Shown: positions 56,885 to 64,000 of the stretch, piece after piece
Layout: each line of letters opens with the position of its first letter
Position numbering within the stretch: position 1 is the first letter of the stretch
Source of the DNA: Desulfuromonadales bacterium
GTDB taxonomy: Bacteria > Desulfobacterota > Desulfuromonadia > Desulfuromonadales > SZUA-540
Direction of reading: 5' to 3'
DNA: 64,000 nucleotides
NCBI GenBank assembly: GCA_033549025.1
Contig: JAWSUS010000003.1
Coordinates: 137,207-201,206, forward strand
The notes under the pieces: generated by a model
Told to the model about the DNA's origin: nothing
The model's database searches: none
Seen by the model: only the letters and a program-made list of their open reading frames with translations
Made by a program: the position numbers and the translations under genes

Positions 56885-58813
56885 ATGAAAAGACTGACCA
56901 TCAGCCGCAAGACCCTGCTGGCCATGCTAGGCCTGGCCATCCCTTCGCTGCTCTTGTTCACGGTGCTCACCCTCACCGCCACCGCCGATATTCTGCGCGG
57001 CAACAGCACCCGGCAGATCGGCGAACTGGCCGATCATTCCGTCCACAGCCTGCAGCAGCTGGTGGGGCGCTCCAAAACCACCCTCATGACGATCGCCGCC
57101 ACCCCGGGCGTCCACAACTATCTGCGCTGGCGCGCCGGCACGGAAGCGGCGGCCTGGCCCGAGGTTCTCGGCCGGTTGGAGGAGAGTTTTCTCGACTTTC
57201 AGCAGCTCGATCCCAGCATCCAGGCCATCCGTCTGCTCGACGAGGAGGGCAACGTCCTCGTCAAGGTGCGCGAGGGCGTCGTCATCCCCCCGCAGAAGAA
57301 CAAAAGCTCAGCCCAAGGACCGCCGTTGGTGGAATCACTCAAGAACCGGAATTTTTTCCAGGGGACCATGGTGCTGCAGCAGGGGGAGGTCTGGACGTCC
57401 AACATGGAGCGTGGCAAGGTCGAGGGGGAAGAATACTGGTGCCCGGCCATGGTGCGCTTTTCGACGCCGCTGTTTTTGCCGGATGGCCGCCGCGCCGGGG
57501 CGCTCATCATCAACGTCTGGGGGGATACGGCCGGCAGCCTCATCAACCAGCTGATCTCACCGCAAGAAGGCGCCGCTTTTCTGGTTGAGCGCAACCTCGA
57601 CCGGCCGGAACGCAACGGCATCTACCTCTTTCATCAGGACAGCACCTGCCAGTTCGGCAATCAGACCGGCAGCGAGATCACCGCTTTTCAGCAATTTCCA
57701 GCCGAGATCACCGCCGCCTGGATGTCCAAACCGCAGGGGGTGACCTTTCACCCTGAGACGGGGGACATCCTCGCCCACCGTTTCTACTCCCCCTACGACG
57801 ATCCCCGCCACGGCTGGGTGGTAGTGGTCAACGCCAGCCGCAACTTCTTTCTCGCCCCGCTGGCGACCCTGAAGCAGCGCATCTTCCTCTCCACCGCCGT
57901 GGTGCTGCTTTTCACTGTCGTGGCCGCCGGCTTCTACGCCCGTTCGCTCAGCCGTCCCCTCAAGGCGGTCATCGACGGCACCCACCGCCTGAGCCAGGAT
58001 CTGGATCATCGCATCCGTATCGACAGCCGTGACGAAGTCGGTTTTCTCGCCGATGAAATCAACCGCATGGCCGACACCCTGCAGAGCAACCTGGAAGAAC
58101 AGGCCCGCATAGAGCAGCAGATCTGTCACACGGAGAAACTCGCCTCGGTGGGCGAGATGGCTGCCGGCCTTGCCCATGAACTCAACACCCCCCTCGGCAA
58201 TATCCAGGCCCTGGCCAGCTTGGCGAAAAAGGAGCTGGACGGCGGCAACCTGGACAGCGCCGCCCTGCGCCAGGACCTGGCTGACATCACCGACCAGACG
58301 GGCAAGTGCAGCCGCATCATTGGCGGTCTGCTGAGTTTCGCCCGCAAACAACACCCCAACCTGGCCCTTCAGGACATCAACGCGCTGCTCGAAGAGGCCC
58401 TGGGCCTAGTGCGCATCCGTCGAGAGAAGGGGAATATCCGCATCGATTACACCCCCGACCCCAACCTCCCCTACGTGCGGGTGGACGGTCACCAGATTCA
58501 GCAGGTTTTCGTCAATCTGCTGCTTAACGCCTTCGACGCCATGCCTGACGGCGGCACGGTGCACATCAGCTGCGCCGACGAAGGACAGCGGCTGGCGGTG
58601 CGCATTCGCGACGAGGGAAGCGGCATCCCCGCCGAAAACCTGCGCAAGATTTTCGACCCCTTCTTCACCACCAAAGAAGTGGGCAAAGGCACGGGACTTG
58701 GCCTGTCGGTGAGCTACGGGATCGTACGGAGTCAGGGAGGGACCATCGAGGTGGAATCGACGCCGGGCCACGGGGCGACTTTCACCCTGCGACTGCCCAA
58801 GGGAGTGTATTGA
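56885..58813 (+). CDS. sensor histidine kinase (periplasmic Cache-like, HAMP, HisKA, HATPase)
   Basis: Two TM helices, DEVG.LA..IN.M HAMP, AHELNTP H-box, NLLLNA, D.G.GI, DPFFTTK, GTGLGL; start set to MKRLTIS. Confidence 0.95.
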   Translation: MKRLTISRKTLLAMLGLAIPSLLLFTVLTLTATADILRGNSTRQIGELADHSVHSLQQLVGRSKTTLMTIAATPGVHNYLRWRAGTEAAAWPEVLGRLEESFLDFQQLDPSIQAIRLLDEEGNVLVKVREGVVIPPQKNKSSAQGPPLVESLKNRNFFQGTMVLQQGEVWTSNMERGKVEGEEYWCPAMVRFSTPLFLPDGRRAGALIINVWGDTAGSLINQLISPQEGAAFLVERNLDRPERNGIYLFHQDSTCQFGNQTGSEITAFQQFPAEITAAWMSKPQGVTFHPETGDILAHRFYSPYDDPRHGWVVVVNASRNFFLAPLATLKQRIFLSTAVVLLFTVVAAGFYARSLSRPLKAVIDGTHRLSQDLDHRIRIDSRDEVGFLADEINRMADTLQSNLEEQARIEQQICHTEKLASVGEMAAGLAHELNTPLGNIQALASLAKKELDGGNLDSAALRQDLADITDQTGKCSRIIGGLLSFARKQHPNLALQDINALLEEALGLVRIRREKGNIRIDYTPDPNLPYVRVDGHQIQQVFVNLLLNAFDAMPDGGTVHISCADEGQRLAVRIRDEGSGIPAENLRKIFDPFFTTKEVGKGTGLGLSVSYGIVRSQGGTIEVESTPGHGATFTLRLPKGVY

Positions 58814-58815
58814 CG

Positions 58816-60159
58816 ATGAGTGACAAAATCCGCATTCTGGTCGTCGATGACGACCCGCTGACCTGTCGCATTCTGGAACGCATGCTGAGCGGACATTACC
58901 GGGTCAGCACCTACACCAGCAGCGAAGACGGCCTGCGCCATCTCCGCAGCCAGGGAACCGACCTGCTCCTCACCGACCTCAAGATGCCCGGTCTCAACGG
59001 CTTCGAGCTGATGGCCAAGGCCCATGAAATCGACCCGGCCATCATTGTCTTTATCATCACCGGCTTTTCCTCCCTCGACAACGCCGTGGCCGCCGTCAAA
59101 AAAGGAGCCTACGACTATATCGCCAAACCCTTTGAGCCCGATGACGTTCAGATGCGCATTGCGCGCGCCCTCAAGGAGCGGGCGTTGGAAAACCAGGTCG
59201 ATCGCCTGCGCCAGGAACGGCAGCGCGGACAGGAGCAGGAGGCGCCGCTCACCCGCAACGCCCGCATGGAAGAGCTGCTGGAGCTGGCGCGCCGGGTGGC
59301 GATGACGGACAGCAACGTCCTCATTCAGGGAGAGACGGGGGTTGGCAAAGAGGTGCTGGCTCGCTTTATTCACCGGCACAGCCCGCGGGCCGAAGAGACC
59401 TTCGTCGCCGTGAATTGCGGCGCCCTGGCCGAAGGGGTGCTCGAAAGCGAACTCTTCGGCCACGAAAAAGGGGCCTTTACCGGTGCCACGGCCCGGCGCA
59501 GCGGCTATTTCGAGCTGGCCGACAAGGGCACTCTGCTGCTGGACGAGATCGGCACCACCAACGCCAACTTTCAGGTCAAGCTGCTGCGCGTTCTTCAGGA
59601 GCGCCTCGTTCATCCCGTCGGCAGCAGTCGCCCCGTCCCCGTCGATGTGCGCCTCATCGCCGCCACCAACATCGACCTGGCCGAAGCCGCCCGTAGCGAC
59701 CTTTTCCGCAGCGACCTCTACTACCGCCTCAGCGTCGTCACCCTGCATATCCCTCCCCTGCGGGAGCGGCCAGAGGACATTCCTGTTCTGGCCCACCATT
59801 TTCTCGAAAAGTATCGCCACATCAATCCCCACGTGAGGGATATCAGCCCCGACGGACTGGCTCGTCTGCGAGGATACGCCTTTCCCGGCAATGTGCGCGA
59901 ACTGGAGAATATCATCGAGCGGGCCCTGATCCTGACCCGGGACGACACCCTCGGTCCAGACACCCTCCTTTTGGGCGGCATGGCACCTGTCCCGCCTCAG
60001 GCCGGCGATGGCAAACCTCTGGCCATGGAAGAAGCCGAGAGGAACCACATCCTGCAGGTGCTGGCCCAGTGCGGTGGCCGCAAAGGGGAAGCCGCCGAAG
60101 TGCTCGGTATCAACAAGAGCACCCTGTGGCGCAAAATGAAACGATTCGGCCTCGAATGA
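58816..60159 (+). CDS. sigma-54-dependent response regulator (NtrC family)
   Basis: Receiver VDDD/TDLKMP/KPF; GETGVGKE, GAFTGA, LDEI, DLYYRL, PGNVREL; C-terminal Fis-type HTH. Confidence 0.96.
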   Translation: MSDKIRILVVDDDPLTCRILERMLSGHYRVSTYTSSEDGLRHLRSQGTDLLLTDLKMPGLNGFELMAKAHEIDPAIIVFIITGFSSLDNAVAAVKKGAYDYIAKPFEPDDVQMRIARALKERALENQVDRLRQERQRGQEQEAPLTRNARMEELLELARRVAMTDSNVLIQGETGVGKEVLARFIHRHSPRAEETFVAVNCGALAEGVLESELFGHEKGAFTGATARRSGYFELADKGTLLLDEIGTTNANFQVKLLRVLQERLVHPVGSSRPVPVDVRLIAATNIDLAEAARSDLFRSDLYYRLSVVTLHIPPLRERPEDIPVLAHHFLEKYRHINPHVRDISPDGLARLRGYAFPGNVRELENIIERALILTRDDTLGPDTLLLGGMAPVPPQAGDGKPLAMEEAERNHILQVLAQCGGRKGEAAEVLGINKSTLWRKMKRFGLE

Positions 60160-60219
60160 CCTTTTGGAATCCTCAGGGGGCAGGCCTCTCCCCCGCTCAA
60201 AGGAGAAGACACCGCCATC

Positions 60220-61020
60220 ATGATATCCCTTGAAACCCTGTACCCGCTGCAAGGCGCCCTCGGGCTCTATCTGACCGCCGCACTCGTACAACTTGGGTTG
60301 CTCGGCGGCGAGCGCCGAACCTGGCGCCTGTTTGCCCTCGCCCTGACGATTGCGGCCTTTGTTCTGCAGACCCTCTACCTGGCCGCCGCCTGGCTGCAAA
60401 TGGGCTACCTGCCGGTGACCAACCTCTTTTCGACTCTGGTCTTCTTCAGCTGGGCCATGGGGGGCACCTTTCTTTACTTCGAGCTGCGCTACCGCATCGG
60501 CGCCGCCGGCCTGTTCGTACTGGCGGTGACCTTAGCGCTGCTCGGCACCGCCATAAAACGCGGGGTGACGATTTCACCCCTCATCCCGGCTCTCGACACG
60601 CCCCTCTTCACCCTGCATGTGGCTTTTTCCTTCATGGGATACGCCTTCTTCGCCATGGCCTTCTCCGTGGCCATGGCCTACCTGACCCCCGCCGCCCTGC
60701 GTCCACGCAGCATGCCGCCGCGGGAGTTGCTGCGCCGCCACAATGAGGAGGCCGTCCTGCTCGGCTTTGTCTTTTTCACCCTGTGTATGGTCAGCGGCAG
60801 CATCTGGGCCCATGTCGCCTGGGGCCACTGGTTTTCCTGGAATATCAAGGGGGTCTGGTCCTTTATTGTCTGGCTCTTTTACGCCGGCATGTGCCACGCC
60901 AAGTTCGTGCGGCGCTGGCAGGGCGAAGGCTACGCCCTACTCTCGGTCGCCGGCTTCGCCATTGTCCTCTTCACCTACCTGGGCATCGGCCTGCTGCTGC
61001 AAAGCAATCATCCTCTGTAA
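60220..61020 (+). CDS. ccsA: cytochrome c biogenesis protein CcsA/ResC-like with divergent WWD motif
   Basis: L.PAL....TLHV, G.IWA..AWG.WFSWNIKG.WS, Y...CH, C-terminal H; multiple TM helices. Confidence 0.8.
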   Translation: MISLETLYPLQGALGLYLTAALVQLGLLGGERRTWRLFALALTIAAFVLQTLYLAAAWLQMGYLPVTNLFSTLVFFSWAMGGTFLYFELRYRIGAAGLFVLAVTLALLGTAIKRGVTISPLIPALDTPLFTLHVAFSFMGYAFFAMAFSVAMAYLTPAALRPRSMPPRELLRRHNEEAVLLGFVFFTLCMVSGSIWAHVAWGHWFSWNIKGVWSFIVWLFYAGMCHAKFVRRWQGEGYALLSVAGFAIVLFTYLGIGLLLQSNHPL

Positions 61021-61052
61021 AAAAAACAAAGACCTCGCCTGAAAGCAAAGAT

Positions 61053-62114
61053 ATGACGACACATCGAAGCAAAATATGGGAGTGGCTCACCTCCCTCAAG
61101 CTCGCCATCGTGCTGGCTTCCCTGGCTACCCCGGTGATCATGGTCGGCTCGCTTATCATGCACTACCATCCGCGCCTCTTCGGTGATCTCGATGCCGTCA
61201 CCCTGGGGGCCTTCTATCCGGCGGCCGCCCGGCAGGGGCCGCTGCTCACCCTGTGGATGCCCGTCGCCGCCCTGCTGATCATAGCCTTTGCCGTCAACAC
61301 CCTCTGCTGCTTCTTCGACTGGCTGCCGCGTCTGCGCAGCCGCTGGCGCAAGACGGGCGAATACCTCATCCACCTCGGCTTCTGCCTGCTGGTGGTCGCC
61401 TTCTTCTGGGGCCAGTTCAGCGGCTATCGCACCGCCGGCAACCTGCTGGCCGTGGGGGAAACCCTGAACCTGCCCCAGCATCCCGCCCTCAGTCTGCGCC
61501 TCAACGATTTCCGGCCCGTTTTCGACGAAAGCGGCCGCCGCCCCCTCGATATGGTCAACGAGTTGACCCTGCTGCGAAACGGAGACGAGATCGTCCGCCA
61601 GCAGGTACGCACCAACCATCCCCTCAGCCACCAGGGGCTGATCGTCCTGGCCTCCAGCCTTCAGCAGGAAGTCAGCGGTTTTTCCTTTCACGCCCCGGGC
61701 TTTGGCCGCATGGATCTCGAAGACGGCACACGCCTCACCCTCCCCGGCGGCGACACCCTCGCCGTTCTGGAGTTTTTGCCCACGGCCCGCCGTCTGGGCG
61801 AGCGCGTGGTGGCCATGGGAAACACCCTGAACGATCCGGCCCTGCATCTGCAGCTGATGGGCAACGCCGGCCAGATCCGCTGGCAGGGCTGGTACTTCCT
61901 GCGTCAGGGCCCGCCCGCGCCCCTCGTTGAACAAGGCCTCAACCTGCGTCCTCTGCAACCCATCGTGCGCACCTCTTCCGTACTCACCATCAACTACGAC
62001 CCCGGCGCCAATCTGGCCCTGACCGGCGGCGTCCTCATGGGCACCGGCGTCCTTGTCGCCATCTTTTCCTACTACGCCAAACGACGCCGGCAGGACCGGC
62101 CGCAGGTGGTCTGA
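61053..62114 (+). CDS. ccsB: cytochrome c biogenesis protein CcsB/ResB-like
   Basis: L.SLKLAI.L, N.LCC, G.YLIHLG, NHPL...G, S.L.I.YDPG followed by a TM helix; start set to MTTHRSK. Confidence 0.8.
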   Translation: MTTHRSKIWEWLTSLKLAIVLASLATPVIMVGSLIMHYHPRLFGDLDAVTLGAFYPAAARQGPLLTLWMPVAALLIIAFAVNTLCCFFDWLPRLRSRWRKTGEYLIHLGFCLLVVAFFWGQFSGYRTAGNLLAVGETLNLPQHPALSLRLNDFRPVFDESGRRPLDMVNELTLLRNGDEIVRQQVRTNHPLSHQGLIVLASSLQQEVSGFSFHAPGFGRMDLEDGTRLTLPGGDTLAVLEFLPTARRLGERVVAMGNTLNDPALHLQLMGNAGQIRWQGWYFLRQGPPAPLVEQGLNLRPLQPIVRTSSVLTINYDPGANLALTGGVLMGTGVLVAIFSYYAKRRRQDRPQVV

Positions 62115-62307
62115 AGCCGTTTTTTAGACTTGAAACGGTGATTCAATAAAGGGATTTGATGCAGGAGGGATGTGGTTCCGGCCAGTATCAGGGCCGACGG
62201 GCGACAAAAAACTGGTAGCTGTAATAGTCAGCTGAGGTGCGGTGCCTTTCCGGCTGCCCGTCAAAAAGTTCTAGAAATCGTGGGCTGGTTTAACTCATGA
62301 CGTCTTC

Positions 62308-62919
62308 CTACTGCCCCCACTCATCAAATCCCCAGGACTTAAAACGCGGGACCCAGGGGGAAGGCTCTTCAATCGGGGTGGCTGAATCAGGCGCCTCGGT
62401 GGTCGGCTCCGGGGTCGGCGGAGGAGGATCGGATTCGGACGGTGCCCCTGCCGGGGTTGAGGTTTTCTCCGGTGACGCACTCGGGGGGCGCTGCGACTGT
62501 TTTTTGCGAATGCCGTCAAAAAGCGCTTTCACCCCCTGGCTCGGGTCTTCTGAAGGGAGCAGGAAATAACTGTTTTCCGCGACAAGAGACCAATCACTCG
62601 TGTCGTAAAAACGGACATGCAGACTCTTCGGCCGCATGAAGCGGTGCCCCGTCTCATCGACATCAAGACCTTCCCCCACGGTAAAATGAACCCGGATCTG
62701 CGCTATGGGCACATCCCCAGATAGCACTTCGTAACCCATTCCCACCAGCTCGTCCTCTGCAGCCGCCAGCAGGTCGCCATACGTGTTATTTTCCGGCCCC
62801 TGCAAGGTGACAGTCGAGACCTGGCTCCAGTCAAACCCGGGCTGCACTTTCGCATACCAGGAAGCGCAGCCGGTCAGTAAAACGATCAGAGCTATCATCA
62901 AAAGACGTACCGTATGCAT
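62308..62919 (-). CDS. lipoprotein with Pro/Ser/Thr-rich low-complexity C-terminus
   Basis: Lipobox LTGC; globular N-terminal part; PPPPTPEPTTEAP tail. Confidence 0.75.
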   Translation of the reverse strand: MHTVRLLMIALIVLLTGCASWYAKVQPGFDWSQVSTVTLQGPENNTYGDLLAAAEDELVGMGYEVLSGDVPIAQIRVHFTVGEGLDVDETGHRFMRPKSLHVRFYDTSDWSLVAENSYFLLPSEDPSQGVKALFDGIRKKQSQRPPSASPEKTSTPAGAPSESDPPPPTPEPTTEAPDSATPIEEPSPWVPRFKSWGFDEWGQ

Positions 62920-62992
62920 GGCATTATTCTCTCTTGGCAGGTTAAAGACAAAATCCCTGTGGTTAAAAATTGACCGCGACGAACACCTCCTG

Positions 62993-63026
62993 AAAAAAAA
63001 TCCGCGCCCAAGTCGGGCGCGGAAAA
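62993..63026 (-). terminator. rho-independent terminator of the outer-membrane protein gene
   Basis: Minus strand TCCGCGCCC-GACTT-GGGCGCGGA-TTTTTTTT. Confidence 0.85.
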
Positions 63027-63049
63027 TTCAGGTAGTGGGTCGTGGCGAT

Positions 63050-63655
63050 TTAGAAGTTGAAGCGCAGACCTACCAGGACGTTATGAGACTGATATTCTGA
63101 CTCCAGTCCCTCAAAGTCCGGATCATCCGTGGCAAAGTAGCGGTATTGTACGTCAAGCGATACCTGTTTATTGGCTGCATAAGTGCCACCAATAGCCACC
63201 TGATAGGCAAAAACGTCATCGTCTTCGCTTCCAGCGCCGTCAAAATCAAGTTCGACATTGGCGAAACCAAGACCGAAACCTACAAAAGGGGAAAAGAATT
63301 CATGGGGCATGAAATCAACATACATGTTCCCCATCAACGAAAGGGCTGTGATGTCGCCATTAATTTTGGCAGTTCCTAAACCATCAATCGTACCTTTATC
63401 GAGATCATTGGCTCGATAGCCAATTTCACCTTCAAATCTTAAATTATCAGAGACTCTGCCACCGACAGCTGCCAGAAGGCCAACACCGGCGTCATAGGAT
63501 ATCTCCCCAGTGTCAGCACCGGCGTTAAAGTCGGAATCCATCAGGGAAACAATTCCTATGCTTCCACTGAAGTAGGGTTGTGCCATGGCGGATACGGCCA
63601 GAAAATGCAGAACAAACACCGAAAGAACGATTGTCAGAAAATTTTTCATGTTCAT
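63050..63655 (-). CDS. small outer-membrane beta-barrel protein
   Basis: Signal peptide ending AMA-Q; R.EGE..Y, N.Y.DF, PFVG.G.G, FAYQ...G, D..YRYF, terminal GLRFNF; ATG after AGGAG. Confidence 0.88.
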   Translation of the reverse strand: MNMKNFLTIVLSVFVLHFLAVSAMAQPYFSGSIGIVSLMDSDFNAGADTGEISYDAGVGLLAAVGGRVSDNLRFEGEIGYRANDLDKGTIDGLGTAKINGDITALSLMGNMYVDFMPHEFFSPFVGFGLGFANVELDFDGAGSEDDDVFAYQVAIGGTYAANKQVSLDVQYRYFATDDPDFEGLESEYQSHNVLVGLRFNF

Positions 63656-64000
63656 TTCTCCTTTTACCTTAGCGACAGAAGGATTTTCATCATGACTCCC
63701 ACACCCGTTCATAAGAAGCTCACCAGCACTGCTTTGAACTTCAATTCACCTTATCTTTTTAATGAGCGGCCACACTCGGGTTCAATTAATCGTATTCAAT
63801 AGCGTTATCACCCTACCCCCATTCCAAGGATTCGTCTATCAGGAATTTCCTGATGTCAGCCGTCGAAAAACTCTTTTTAAGGCCCCCTTTTCGCACTTCA
63901 ATAAATCTATCAAAGCATTTTATAGAGGTGGCCCCGGTTGTTTGAACAGATGTGACCGGTTCTCTAAGTGGATTTCACCTTCATTGGTTATGCCGCCACT

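Overview
Chromosomal window from a deltaproteobacterium, probably Desulfuromonadales (inferred from gene order and protein sequences; not confirmed by a search). 1-43.7 kb is core genome, almost all on the minus strand: trpEGD, the alpha/spc/S10/str ribosomal protein operons, rpoBC, rplKAJL, nusG-secE, two tuf copies, five tRNAs, rlmB, pyrF, proS, ispG and rlmD. At 44.7-45.4 kb yedF is followed by tRNA-Sec (selC). A 3,537-bp element is inserted in selC, flanked by a perfect 64-bp direct repeat. It carries a tyrosine integrase, a RepL-like replication protein, two ribbon-helix-helix-like proteins and a structured ~0.9-kb non-coding tract with an oriT-like hairpin, but no relaxase, capsid or cargo gene. 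This minimal integrative replicon is the most unusual object in the window. At 51.5-62.1 kb is a ttrBCA/srdBCA-like molybdoenzyme operon. It faces a divergent sigma-54 two-component system, followed by a ccsA-ccsB pair with an altered WWD motif and no adjacent c-type cytochrome. All family assignments come from motifs recognised by eye; no database searches were run.
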